Numbered from the stretch's first letter, positions 11,652 to 21,881 are shown. The stretch: 64,000 nucleotides of DNA from Bdellovibrionales bacterium RIFOXYD12_FULL_39_22 (GCA_001770205.1 MEQL01000039.1:322787-386786), one strand, 5' to 3'. The notes: generated by a model from the letters alone, not told the origin. Translations and numbers: made by a program.

Positions 11652-12860
11652 GTGTTTAGTACAATTTTAATAAATGTAGATGAATTATGGTTGAAGGGAG
11701 ACAATCGCGCTTACTATTACTCCATTATGAAGCGAAATATTTCGCAAGTAGTTCGCGCATTACACCCTCATAAGTTTTCTTGCGTTAATCAATACCAGCG
11801 TCTTTTTCTAAAATCCTCTCAGGCCTTTTCTTCGGAGGTAATGGACGCACTTTCTAAGGTTTCTGGCATTCATTCGCTTATTCCGGCCATCGCCGTACCA
11901 CTAAAACTTGATAAAATAATGGAGGGAGTGGATTTTTTTTTAAGCGGCCAGAAACTAGATAATCTCACCTTTAAAATTCGCGCCAGTAGATCTAATAAAC
12001 AGTTTCCACAAACTAGCATGGAAATTGCGCGCGAAATCGGCCACCAAGTTCTAGTAAAATATCCGGCCCTTTCTGTAGATGTTAAACGGCCGAACATGTA
12101 CATTGATGTGCGTGTTTTGGATGATAAAATTTATGTCTCTCAAAAAAATATTTTAGGCCCTGGCGGACTACCTGTTGGAACAAGTGGCCACATCATAACT
12201 CTTATTTCGGGGGGGTTTGACTCTCCGGTGGCCAGTTATTTAATGAGCAAGAGAGGATGTCGCCAAACTTTTGCCTTCTTTTATGCCTACCCCTTTGTTG
12301 GAGAAGAGGTTAAAAATAAAATTTTAAAACTGATGGAAGTAATTTCGCAATACCAGATAGGATGCGACCTATATATTATTCCCTTTGGAGATATTCAAAA
12401 CACCATCGCTAAAAATTGTTGGGAGGAATATCGAACAATTCTTTTTCGGAAATATATGATTGAAGTAGCGGCCCTTTTGGCCAAACGTATTCGGGCCTCC
12501 GCCATTTTGACGGGAGATTCTTTAGGACAAGTCTCTAGTCAAACCATTACGAATATTTCTGTACTAGATCAACTATCTCCGCTACCTATTTTTCGCCCCC
12601 TCCTAGGACACAACAAAGCAGAGATTATCGAAATTTCTCGCCAGGTGGGATTTCATGATATCTCTACCATTCCTCATGATGACGCCTGTGCTCTTTTTGC
12701 CCCCAAACACCCAACTACCAAGGCAGACTTTCATTATGTTAAATCATTTTATGAAAATAATCCGTGGCCGGAAATTTTAGATGCGGCACTAAATCAGTCA
12801 GAAATTTTTCACTTTACTCCACTCGGAATAATTGCTTCCGCCAAACCAAAAATTAAGTAA
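11652..12860 (+). CDS. thiI: tRNA 4-thiouridine synthase ThiI (no rhodanese domain)
   Basis: ELWLKGDNR, THUMP domain, PP-loop SGGFDS, GDSLGQVSSQT; 402 aa. Confidence 0.93.
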   Translation: MFSTILINVDELWLKGDNRAYYYSIMKRNISQVVRALHPHKFSCVNQYQRLFLKSSQAFSSEVMDALSKVSGIHSLIPAIAVPLKLDKIMEGVDFFLSGQKLDNLTFKIRASRSNKQFPQTSMEIAREIGHQVLVKYPALSVDVKRPNMYIDVRVLDDKIYVSQKNILGPGGLPVGTSGHIITLISGGFDSPVASYLMSKRGCRQTFAFFYAYPFVGEEVKNKILKLMEVISQYQIGCDLYIIPFGDIQNTIAKNCWEEYRTILFRKYMIEVAALLAKRIRASAILTGDSLGQVSSQTITNISVLDQLSPLPIFRPLLGHNKAEIIEISRQVGFHDISTIPHDDACALFAPKHPTTKADFHYVKSFYENNPWPEILDAALNQSEIFHFTPLGIIASAKPKIK

Positions 12861-12973
12861 TCCGCTCAACTATCATTTGAAAGTTGCTAAATTTTCTTCC
12901 TTTCAGCTTTTATAAGTTACGCTTATCATATAGAAATTAAAGCACGCTACAAAACTACAAACTGGAGAAGTTA

Positions 12974-15262
12974 ATGAGCAAAATCAGATGGGCATCGCTT
13001 CCTTTATTACTACTACTTTCTATTACCATTGCTTTACAGGCAGAAGATAAAAATGATCCGGACAATGTGGATACCTTGGCCACACCTTTGGAGCTGAAGT
13101 TAGATATAACCAAGACGAAACTTCTTTCTCGCATCTTAAAAGATACTCTGGAAACCTATCACTATCGCCACATAAAAATAAATGACGATATCTCGGAAAA
13201 AGGGTTTGAAGAATTTTTTAAGAAAATCGATTACGGTAAACAATTTCTTCTCAAGTCTGATGTTACTGGCCTTTCTAAACATCGCACTAAATTGGATGAT
13301 GAGATGCAAACTGGGGATTTGGCATTACTAAAAGAATCTGTAAAAATAATCAATCAGCGAGTTTTACAGGCCGATAATTACCGTAAAGAATTTTTTAAAA
13401 ATGATTTTGATTTTTCTCAAAAAGAAATTTTAGAAATTGATCCAAAGAAACGTGATTTCGCAAAAAGTGAAACTGAATTAAAAGAGCATTGGCGAAAACT
13501 TTTTAAACAGGCAACTCTTTCTAGAATTTTTTCTATGATCGAAGAAGAAAGGGAAGCCGAAGAGACCTTGAAAAAAAATACTCCGGCGAAGGACAAGAAA
13601 AAAAGCAGTACTCCACCGGAAAAACCACTCTCCATGCCAGAAAAAATTGCTAAGGCAAGAGAGTCTATCTCCAATAAATACCGCAAAGTTTTTCAACGTA
13701 TTTTAACTGAGCGAGATGACGACAAGCTAGAGCTATTTTTTAATTCTGTAACCTCCGTTATTGATCCACACACCACCTATATGCCTCCTCAGCGCAAAGA
13801 AGATTTTGATATCGATATTTCTGGAAGCTTGGAAGGAATAGGGGCCGTTTTGCAAGAAGATGGTGCTTATATTAAAGTTGTCTCTATTGTTCCCGGCGGT
13901 GCCGCATGGCGCGAAAAGGAGTTAGAAGTTAACGATATTATTCTTACCGTTTCACAAGGAACAGAGGAGCCCGTTGATTTAGAAGATATGCGTGTTGATG
14001 ATGCTGTTCGCTATATTCGCGGAAAAAAAGGAACAGAGGTTCGATTAAATATTAAAAAGGCCGATGGAACCCGGAAGATGATCAGTATTATTCGTGATGT
14101 AGTACAAATTGCCGCCTCTTTTGCTAAATCATCTGTTCTGCAAATTAAGGGGCAAAATATCAAAGTTGGCCATATCAACGTTCCTAAATTTTATCGTGAT
14201 TTTGGCCATGCCGATTCTCGCAATTGCACCGATGATGTGCGAAAGGAACTGGAAAAATTAAAAAAACAAAAAGTCAGCGGAGTTATTTTAGACTTACGCA
14301 ATAATGGAGGTGGGGCCTTAGAAGATGCTAAACAGATGGCCGGATTGTTCATTAAAGAGGGGCCCATTGTTCAAGTGCGAAATTATGCTAACTCTATAGA
14401 GACCCTTACCGACACTGATCCCGCCGTTGTTTATGATGGCCCTTTAATTGTGCTAGTTAATCGTTTTAGTGCCTCGGCCTCGGAAATCGTTGCCGCGGCC
14501 TTGCAAGACTATGGAAGGGCGATTGTTTTAGGTGGAGAATTTACTCATGGGAAAGGCACTGTTCAAGCGTTGCTAAATCTAGATCAGGGCCCATTGATGT
14601 CCATGCTAAACTCATCTCTGGGCTCCCTAAAGGTTACCATTCAAAAATTTTACCGAATAACCGGAGTCTCTACTCAATATAAAGGCGTAACTCCAGATAT
14701 AATCATTCCCGATCCTTTTGGATACGGGGAAAATCGCGAGCAGGATTTGGATTATTCTCTACCCTGGGATGAGGTGGCCGGACTTCACTATACCCCTTGG
14801 ATTAAGCAAAAATATAATTTAGGGGAATTGAATAAAAAAAGCCAAGAACGAGTTGCTAAAAATTTTAAATTTCAACAAATCATTAAGAGCATTGATTACT
14901 TAAAACAAAAAAGTGAAGACACGACTGTGTCTTTAAATCTAGAGGAATTACAAAAAGAAGATAAAGAAAATAAAGCGATGATTGAAAAGCTAAAGTATGA
15001 TGATCCTAATAAAAATTTATTAGTAACAAATTATGAAGAATCCGTATCTCCCTCCGAACAAATCAAAAAAGCGGAGGAAAAACAGTGGAAAGAGGATTTA
15101 AAAAAACGCAACGAAGAATGGGTTGATGGACTACAAAAAGATCCTATTTTAGAAGAAAGCTTATATATAATACAAGATATGCTAAAACAAAATTCAACAA
15201 CCCAAAGCAATTCTTTGCCAATGGACACCTTGGCCTTTAATATCCTTTATGGCCGAAGATAA
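12974..15262 (+). CDS. prc: Tail-specific (carboxy-terminal processing) protease, S41A Prc
   Basis: Signal peptide; DPHT, GIGAVL (PDZ), DLRNNGGG, SASASE, GKGTVQ, QYKGVTPDI. Confidence 0.92.
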   Translation: MSKIRWASLPLLLLLSITIALQAEDKNDPDNVDTLATPLELKLDITKTKLLSRILKDTLETYHYRHIKINDDISEKGFEEFFKKIDYGKQFLLKSDVTGLSKHRTKLDDEMQTGDLALLKESVKIINQRVLQADNYRKEFFKNDFDFSQKEILEIDPKKRDFAKSETELKEHWRKLFKQATLSRIFSMIEEEREAEETLKKNTPAKDKKKSSTPPEKPLSMPEKIAKARESISNKYRKVFQRILTERDDDKLELFFNSVTSVIDPHTTYMPPQRKEDFDIDISGSLEGIGAVLQEDGAYIKVVSIVPGGAAWREKELEVNDIILTVSQGTEEPVDLEDMRVDDAVRYIRGKKGTEVRLNIKKADGTRKMISIIRDVVQIAASFAKSSVLQIKGQNIKVGHINVPKFYRDFGHADSRNCTDDVRKELEKLKKQKVSGVILDLRNNGGGALEDAKQMAGLFIKEGPIVQVRNYANSIETLTDTDPAVVYDGPLIVLVNRFSASASEIVAAALQDYGRAIVLGGEFTHGKGTVQALLNLDQGPLMSMLNSSLGSLKVTIQKFYRITGVSTQYKGVTPDIIIPDPFGYGENREQDLDYSLPWDEVAGLHYTPWIKQKYNLGELNKKSQERVAKNFKFQQIIKSIDYLKQKSEDTTVSLNLEELQKEDKENKAMIEKLKYDDPNKNLLVTNYEESVSPSEQIKKAEEKQWKEDLKKRNEEWVDGLQKDPILEESLYIIQDMLKQNSTTQSNSLPMDTLAFNILYGRR

Positions 15263-15650
15263 AAACAAAAAAGGGACCGATTGGTCTTTTTCTGTTGATG
15301 AATCTAAGATCGAAGATGGGGGCGTTAAAAATAATAAACACGCCCCGGGGGCACCCCCCAAAAATCATAAAACAATTGGCCACTCTTCGGCCAAAAAAAG
15401 CTCTCGCGAAATCACACTAGATTTTGAAAAAGTTCCTGTTCGCCGCTTACGTCGTGACTACCTAGACAACATAGAAGATGATCCCAGTTCACCGCCCTCT
15501 CCCCCTAAAAAAATCCCTAAAAAAAATAAAGACGGCCACCACGTCTCTTTGGCAGAAAAAGTAGAAACTTTTATCGTTGATAATATTCTTTTAGTGGGGA
15601 TGGCCATCGCTCTGGCCATGGCATTATTGGCCAGTAAGGTTATTCTATAA
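15249..15650 (+). CDS. Hypothetical protein with disordered charged N-terminus and C-terminal membrane anchor
   Basis: Start overlaps prc 3' end; single hydrophobic C-terminal helix. Confidence 0.6.
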   Translation: MAEDKNKKGTDWSFSVDESKIEDGGVKNNKHAPGAPPKNHKTIGHSSAKKSSREITLDFEKVPVRRLRRDYLDNIEDDPSSPPSPPKKIPKKNKDGHHVSLAEKVETFIVDNILLVGMAIALAMALLASKVIL

Positions 15651-16725
15651 GTAGTTTTTGAGAGAAATCCGCCGGTGAAGAAAACTCTTCTGCGGCAACC
15701 TCTCGGGAAATTATTTTTCGTTTAAATAGATCCAAAATACTTTGATCAAAAGATTGTCCCCCGCCGTTACTACTACCTCTTTCTATGATTGCGGTAATAC
15801 TTCGCAACTCTTGCTCTCCTAAAATACACTCTCTAATTCCGGGAGACATCATCATGATCTCTAGAGCGGCCACCATTTTTCCTGCTCCCTTTTCGCTTTT
15901 CAAAAGACGTTGCCCAATGGTCGCTTGTAAATTTTCGGCCAATGCCTTTTTAATATCTGCTTGCTGCTCACCTGAAAACATAGAAATTATACGGGTAATT
16001 GTCGCAATCGTATTTTTAGTATGTATGGTTGAGAGCACTAGATGGCCCGTTTCAGCAGCACTAAGGGCCGTGGAAATCGTCTCGGCATCTCGCATTTCTC
16101 CGATTAATATCACGTCAGGGTCTTGTCGCAATGCTGAGCGAAGTCCTTCTGCAAAAGTCGGCGTGTCAATAGTTACCTCTCTCTGGGAAAGTCGAGATTT
16201 AATTTGGGGATGAACAAACTCAATTGGATCTTCGATGGTAATAATGTGTGCTGCTTTTTTTTTATTAATCTCATTTATTATGGCCGCTAAAGTAGAACTT
16301 TTACCACATCCCGTAGGGCCGGTAACCAAAACTAGTCCTCGACTTAAATTTGATATGTTTTTTATAATAGGGTTTAAATTGAGGGATTCGATGGTGGGAA
16401 TCTCTTTAGAAATAATTCGCAAAACTAAACCAGGCCTTCCCGTATATTTAAAGAAATTAAAACGAACACGACATAAGTCGGGAATATTAAATGCACCATC
16501 GGCTTCCGTAATCTTATCTACCTGGCCTTGGTATTTATGGCCTGTAAAAATAATTGCACAAATTTCATAGATAGTTATCTCGGAAAGGGATTTGCTCTGT
16601 ACTGGTACTAGTTCACTTCCAATGCGTAATACCGGGGGTTCATCAGTTCTAAGATGGATATCACTGGCATTATACTTTATGGCCACATTGGCAAGATCTT
16701 TTAAGTTTGTTAGGCTAAATGCCAT
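15640..16725 (-). CDS. PilT/PilU-family type IV pilus retraction ATPase paralogue
   Basis: ASDIHL, GPTGCGKSST, TIEDPIE, LRQDPDVILIGEMRD, TGHLVLSTIH. Confidence 0.9.
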   Translation of the reverse strand: MAFSLTNLKDLANVAIKYNASDIHLRTDEPPVLRIGSELVPVQSKSLSEITIYEICAIIFTGHKYQGQVDKITEADGAFNIPDLCRVRFNFFKYTGRPGLVLRIISKEIPTIESLNLNPIIKNISNLSRGLVLVTGPTGCGKSSTLAAIINEINKKKAAHIITIEDPIEFVHPQIKSRLSQREVTIDTPTFAEGLRSALRQDPDVILIGEMRDAETISTALSAAETGHLVLSTIHTKNTIATITRIISMFSGEQQADIKKALAENLQATIGQRLLKSEKGAGKMVAALEIMMMSPGIRECILGEQELRSITAIIERGSSNGGGQSFDQSILDLFKRKIISREVAAEEFSSPADFSQKLLIE

Positions 16726-16789
16726 AGTCTTAGCTCCTATTTGAGATACCGCTTATCTAGAAGTTTATAGATTGTTTTTTGGAATGTTA

Positions 16790-17815
16790 ATGAAAAAAAT
16801 TTTGATTATCAGATTTTCAAGCTTTGGAGATATTGTTCAAGCGCTCTCCATTGTAGGCCCACTCTTAAGTAAATATCCCCTGTCGCAAATTAGTTGGTTA
16901 ACGAGAAAGGATATGGCCGCTCTTTTATCAATGGAGTCTAGAATAAATCACATTATTGAATTTGATAAAAAAAATGGACTCTGGGGACTACTTAAGCTGG
17001 CCTGGCGTTTGCGCCAAGAAAATTTTGACATGATTTATGATGCCCACTCTAATCTTCGTTCGCGAATTATCTCTTTTTTCTTGCATCCTAGCTTTTTTAG
17101 CTCCAACATCTTGGTGCGTCGCTCTAAGGAGCGTTGGAAAAGGTTTTTACTTTTTAACTTTAATCGCAATCTTTTTCCCTGGCCCTATCGAGGAATGATT
17201 TCCTATCAAGCACCTCTTTCTGCTATTGGCGTAGTTCCATCAGACAATCCCCGACTTGATTGGAATGTTTCTAATCAAGTTTTGAGCACTTTTCTTCCAC
17301 AAATCAATAATAAATTCGGGCCAAAAAATAAATTTATTACACTTGTTCCTTCTGCGGCCTGGGAAATGAAACGCTGGCCTGTTGACTATTGGGAAAAACT
17401 AATTCGTAGTATGCCTAAGGCCAACTTTGTTATTTTGGGTGGGCCGGATGATCATTTCTGTACAAACCTTGAGGCCATCTCTCCCGCTAATGTTTTAAAC
17501 CTAGCTGGAAAATTATCTCTCCTGGCCAGTTGTGCTGTTATTCGTGAGAGCACTCTTCTTATTTCTGCCGATACAGGCCTCTTGCATGTAGCGGATATTT
17601 TTCAAAAAGCGGCAATTGCTATCATTGGCCCAACGGCATTTGGGTTTCCCACGAACTCCTCTGTGAAAACTATGGAAATAGATTTGCCTTGTCGCCCTTG
17701 CACTAAAGATGGTCGAGGTAAATGTAAGCAGGTCATTTACCAGCGATGCATGGTGGAAATAGTCCCAGAGAAAATTGTTGAACACATTCGAAATTTTTTT
17801 CCCGCATTTTTATAA
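16790..17815 (+). CDS. Glycosyltransferase family 9 (ADP-heptose:LPS heptosyltransferase-like)
   Basis: KKILIIRFSSFGDIV, KRWP, DTGLLHVA, LPCRPC. Confidence 0.9.
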   Translation: MKKILIIRFSSFGDIVQALSIVGPLLSKYPLSQISWLTRKDMAALLSMESRINHIIEFDKKNGLWGLLKLAWRLRQENFDMIYDAHSNLRSRIISFFLHPSFFSSNILVRRSKERWKRFLLFNFNRNLFPWPYRGMISYQAPLSAIGVVPSDNPRLDWNVSNQVLSTFLPQINNKFGPKNKFITLVPSAAWEMKRWPVDYWEKLIRSMPKANFVILGGPDDHFCTNLEAISPANVLNLAGKLSLLASCAVIRESTLLISADTGLLHVADIFQKAAIAIIGPTAFGFPTNSSVKTMEIDLPCRPCTKDGRGKCKQVIYQRCMVEIVPEKIVEHIRNFFPAFL

Positions 17816-17904
17816 ATATCGTCCCAGTTTTAAGGTTCACCGTTGAATAGTTGAAATAAAGCATTGTATAATACAGTCATAACTAATGAGGATCTAACGA
17901 TAAT

Positions 17905-18909
17905 ATGGGCCAATGGAAAATTCGCGAAATTGATCTGCAACTAAAATATCCCTGGAAAACGGCCGATTACACGGTAACTAATAAAAAAAATTTTATTATT
18001 TCCATTAGAAATGGGGAAAATATTGGGGAAGGTGAAGTTGCCCTCAATCATAAATTTGGGGAAACTCCCGATTTAATTTATACTTCTTTTGAAAAATTTA
18101 CCGCCGCGCGCACTCCACCCGAAGTAACTTCTATTGAGGAATTAATAAACTTTGTCGACGAATTAGAACTACCATCCTCTTTGCGTTTTGGTATTGAGTC
18201 CGCATTCGTCCATTATCTAGCATCAATTTCTGAGAAAAAAGTCTCCAAACTTTTAGGAATAAAAGAGATTAACTCTATAAAAACCTCCTACTCGCTCCCG
18301 ATACTTCCAATCGAAGAGATTACCTCCTTCATTAACGATCATAATTTGCATCGCTTTAAGGCCTTAAAGCTTAAAATAACTCCGGCCTCTGGCCTAGAAA
18401 CAATCAGAGAAGTTCGCAAAAACTTCTCTGGCAACTTACGCTTAGACGCCAATGAATCTTTTTCTGATTCAAAGCAAGTTTTAGATTTTTTAGAAGCGGC
18501 CGGTGATGACTGTCCCATCGAATTTTTTGAGCAACCGCTTTCTCGAACTTCTCATGATGAATACCTCTCTCTTTGCGAAAATTCGCCAGTAGATATTATG
18601 GCCGACGAATCCATAACATCTCAAGATGTCTCCACCTACTACAGCGAACGCTTTCATGCTATCAATGTTAAACTCATGAAGGCCGGAGGATATTTGCGCG
18701 CTCTTAAGCAATTAAAAAATGCTAGGGAATTAGGAATGAAAGTGATGCTGGGCTGTATGGTTGAAAGTTCCCTGGGAATTTCTTCGGCCATGAAAATTGC
18801 TCACAACTTTGACTATTTTGATTTAGATGGATTTATGTTTTTAAAAAATGATCCTTTCAATTTAGTTTCAGAAGAAAATGGCCGCCTCTTTTTCTCTCAC
18901 CTGCAGTAG
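17905..18909 (+). CDS. Enolase-superfamily dipeptide epimerase (L-Ala-D/L-Glu epimerase-like)
   Basis: KLK, LDANE, EQP, ADES, VKLMKAGG, GCMVES, DLDG. Confidence 0.85.
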   Translation: MGQWKIREIDLQLKYPWKTADYTVTNKKNFIISIRNGENIGEGEVALNHKFGETPDLIYTSFEKFTAARTPPEVTSIEELINFVDELELPSSLRFGIESAFVHYLASISEKKVSKLLGIKEINSIKTSYSLPILPIEEITSFINDHNLHRFKALKLKITPASGLETIREVRKNFSGNLRLDANESFSDSKQVLDFLEAAGDDCPIEFFEQPLSRTSHDEYLSLCENSPVDIMADESITSQDVSTYYSERFHAINVKLMKAGGYLRALKQLKNARELGMKVMLGCMVESSLGISSAMKIAHNFDYFDLDGFMFLKNDPFNLVSEENGRLFFSHLQ

Positions 18910-18919
18910 TAAGGATAAA

Positions 18920-20047
18920 ATGAAAATAGGCTTTGATGCAAAAAGGGCATTTCATAATTTTCGCGGCCTGGGTAATTATAGTCGAACAACGATAGAAGGC
19001 CTCTGTAAATACTACCCTGAGCACCAGTACTACCTATACACTCCTCCAATAAACAGCTCCTCAAAGGTCTCCTGGCGTGAAACAATCCCGGCCACAAAAA
19101 TTATTGAACCTTCTGGAATTTTTTCTAAAGCACTTCCTTCCCTCTGGCGAAGTTTGGCCATCTCTTCTTTGATTATACGAGACAACCTCGATATTTATCA
19201 TGGCCTCAGTCATGAATTACCAGTAGGTATTGAAAAGTTCCGTGGAAAAAAAATTGTAACTATTCACGATCTGCTTTTCATGCGTTATCCACAAAATTTT
19301 GCCACTATTGATAGAATTGTTTACAAGAAGAAATTTTTACACAGCTGCCACGTTGCCGATCAGGTAGTGGCAATTTGTGGCCAGACGCAAAATGACATTA
19401 TCGAGTATCTAAATGTTCCCACTCATAAAATCAAAGTAGTTTATCAAGGCTGTAATCCAATTTTTTTTAAACGCGCATCTTCTTATGAAAAAGAATTAAT
19501 TAAAAAAAAATATAACTTACCTTCACAATTTCTTCTTTATGTCGGGGCCTTGGAACCAAACAAGAATGCCCTCTCTATTATCAAGGCACTTTCTATTGTT
19601 AATGATAAAAATATTTCTTTGGCCATTATTGGTAAAGGAGAACGCTATAAGAAAATTTTACAAGCAGAGATATCCAAAAAAGGACTAGGGTCTCGTGTAA
19701 TATTTTTAGGAAATGGTGTCGAGACGGCCGAACTTCCGGCCATATATCAAAGTGCCACTGCCATGACTTTTCCTTCCTTTTTTGAGGGACTCGGCCTGCC
19801 AGTTATTGAGGCGCTGGCGAGTGAACTTCCAGTTATAACCTCACAAGGCTCTTCTTTAACGGAAGCTGGTGGGCCAGATACTATTTATATCGATCCTCAC
19901 TCGAAAGAAGAATTGGCCGCGGCCATAGATCGGGTATCGGTAAGTGGTGCGCTGCGGGCCACTATGGCACAACGAGGGCGTAGCTATGTCGAACAGTTTT
20001 CTATACAAAATTGCTCAGATAATCTCTTTAATTTATATCGCTCATAA
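18920..20047 (+). CDS. Glycosyltransferase family 4
   Basis: MKIGFDAKRAFHNFRGLGNYSR, TIHDL, EGLGLPVIEA. Confidence 0.9.
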   Translation: MKIGFDAKRAFHNFRGLGNYSRTTIEGLCKYYPEHQYYLYTPPINSSSKVSWRETIPATKIIEPSGIFSKALPSLWRSLAISSLIIRDNLDIYHGLSHELPVGIEKFRGKKIVTIHDLLFMRYPQNFATIDRIVYKKKFLHSCHVADQVVAICGQTQNDIIEYLNVPTHKIKVVYQGCNPIFFKRASSYEKELIKKKYNLPSQFLLYVGALEPNKNALSIIKALSIVNDKNISLAIIGKGERYKKILQAEISKKGLGSRVIFLGNGVETAELPAIYQSATAMTFPSFFEGLGLPVIEALASELPVITSQGSSLTEAGGPDTIYIDPHSKEELAAAIDRVSVSGALRATMAQRGRSYVEQFSIQNCSDNLFNLYRS

Positions 20048-20131
20048 GATGCACCACTCCTTTTGACACTGGTGACAACTTCATTTTTACTAAGATACCT
20101 TTAATATTATATTTTTACCCCTGCGGTTAGT

Positions 20132-20146
20132 TGGCATATATGTTGC
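20132..20146 (+). promoter_or_regulatory. Sigma54 (-24/-12) promoter, copy 1
   Basis: TGGCATATATGTTGC, GG and GC 12 bp apart. Confidence 0.75.
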
Positions 20147-20203
20147 TTTTATAGAAAACAAAGAGATGTTAGGAAGACATCTCAAAAATCATGGAGGATT
20201 CAC

Positions 20204-20482
20204 ATGCGTACAGCAACTCTTTTGTTCATAATTTTCTCCCTCCCCCTAATGGTAAATGGAAAAGAAAACTCTTTGGGGTCTGCGCTGTACGCAAGTAAAA
20301 CAACAGACCCCAAAGAATTTTCTTCTCTAGAGAAACTAGTCTCTACCATCGTAAAAAAAGGAAAAACTCATACTCAACTAGTTAACAAACAACCAATATC
20401 AAAAGATTCAGTTCGCATTGACGCTAATTACTCCATTGGTGAATTAACCGGTGCAGGCAATTTACAATTAGCAGAAATTTAA
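20204..20482 (+). CDS. Small exported protein, paralogue 1
   Basis: GGAGG RBS, signal-peptide-like N-terminus; KEFSSLEKLVSTIVKKG core shared with next gene. Confidence 0.75.
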   Translation: MRTATLLFIIFSLPLMVNGKENSLGSALYASKTTDPKEFSSLEKLVSTIVKKGKTHTQLVNKQPISKDSVRIDANYSIGELTGAGNLQLAEI

Positions 20483-20513
20483 TCTTTATCAGTCACAACG
20501 ACACCATTTTAGT

Positions 20514-20528
20514 TGGCATATCACTTGC
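20514..20528 (+). promoter_or_regulatory. Sigma54 (-24/-12) promoter, copy 2
   Basis: TGGCATATCACTTGC, GG and GC 12 bp apart. Confidence 0.75.
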
Positions 20529-20588
20529 TTTATTGTGAGACAAGAAAAGATGTTAGAACGACATCTTAAACTCACGACGGAGAAATAT

Positions 20589-20825
20589 ATGCGAACAACA
20601 ATCATCTTTATAACTCTTCTAGGCATCAACTTCTTAGCTGCAGGGACAGAAGAAAGCACTCGGGCCACTGCCTCCATCCAAGGCCGTGTAGAAACAAAAG
20701 AACTAGTCGATTTACAAAAGATGGTTTCGAAAATTGTAAAGCGCGGGGAGAGCAGACAAGAGACAAACGAGGAAGTTCTTCCTACCAATTCAATCCAGGC
20801 TGATTTTGGGTTTAGAATTTTATAG
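20589..20825 (+). CDS. Small exported protein, paralogue 2
   Basis: GGAG RBS, start MRTTII; KELVDLQKMVSKIVKRG core shared with previous gene. Confidence 0.75.
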   Translation: MRTTIIFITLLGINFLAAGTEESTRATASIQGRVETKELVDLQKMVSKIVKRGESRQETNEEVLPTNSIQADFGFRIL

Positions 20826-21881
20826 TCAAGATTTACTGAATTCGTTTTTTAACTGGCCACATGCCGCTAAAATATCCTTTCCCTTTGATGCCCGAATTGT
20901 TGTAACTAATCCTCTCTTTAAAAGTTCTTCTTGAAACCAAATTATTTTCGCATCTGTCGGGCGCCGAAAAGGAGACTCCGGATAATCATTAAAGGGAATA
21001 ATGTTTATTTTCGAATCACGTTTAGAAATTAGTTGTGTAAGTCCGTCAATATCTTCCGGCCGATCGTTAACATCTTCGATAAGAAGATACTCATATGTTA
21101 TGCGCCTATGCGCTTTAAGGTGAACCTCCTTTATGGCATCAAAGAGGGCGTGAATATCATATCGATTATTAATTGGCATTAGTTTTGAGCGCACAACATC
21201 ATCTACTGCATGCAAAGAAATGGCGATATTAACGGGGGGAAAATCATTCAATTTTTTTATCTGTGGAACCCAGCCGGAAGTAGAAAGTGTTATCTTTCGT
21301 TGTCCGAGAGCAATACCACGACTATCCACCAAAATTTCTATGGCCGATTTTACATTATCAAAATTAAGCAAAGGCTCGCCTTGCCCCATAAAAACCATAT
21401 TAGTTAATTTGAAATCTGAAGCAACATTTGTGCGCATCCAAAAAGTAACCGCCAAATATTGTGCGATTATTTCGCCCGCAAAAAGATTGCGTTTAAATCC
21501 CATCTGCCCGGTCAAACAAAAAATACATCCCATCGGACAGCCAACCTGAGAAGAAACACAAATAGTATGCCTCTCTTCATTGAAAGGAATATACACCGTT
21601 TCCACCTGTTCTCCATCGGCCAAGGAGAGTAGAAACTTTTTAGTCCCATCACTTGAGTGATCAACCCGTAAAATTTGTGGCAACGCAATTGAAAAATTTT
21701 CTTGTAAAAAATTTTTGGCGGCCAAGGAAATATTACTCCACGAAGTAATTTCGAAATTACACTGTCGATAAAGCCATTTAAAAACTTGCTCAGAAACATA
21801 TTTTTTAAAACCATGGGCCATCAAAATTTCGTTAAGTTGCGAAAGGGTTAGTGAATAAAGCATTTTGTCTATTAACGACAT
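20826..21881 (-). CDS. rlmN: 23S rRNA A2503/tRNA A37 C2-methyltransferase RlmN
   Basis: CVSSQVGCPMGCIFCLTG radical SAM motif, FMGQGEPL, DILAACGQL. Confidence 0.95.
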   Translation of the reverse strand: MSLIDKMLYSLTLSQLNEILMAHGFKKYVSEQVFKWLYRQCNFEITSWSNISLAAKNFLQENFSIALPQILRVDHSSDGTKKFLLSLADGEQVETVYIPFNEERHTICVSSQVGCPMGCIFCLTGQMGFKRNLFAGEIIAQYLAVTFWMRTNVASDFKLTNMVFMGQGEPLLNFDNVKSAIEILVDSRGIALGQRKITLSTSGWVPQIKKLNDFPPVNIAISLHAVDDVVRSKLMPINNRYDIHALFDAIKEVHLKAHRRITYEYLLIEDVNDRPEDIDGLTQLISKRDSKINIIPFNDYPESPFRRPTDAKIIWFQEELLKRGLVTTIRASKGKDILAACGQLKNEFSKS

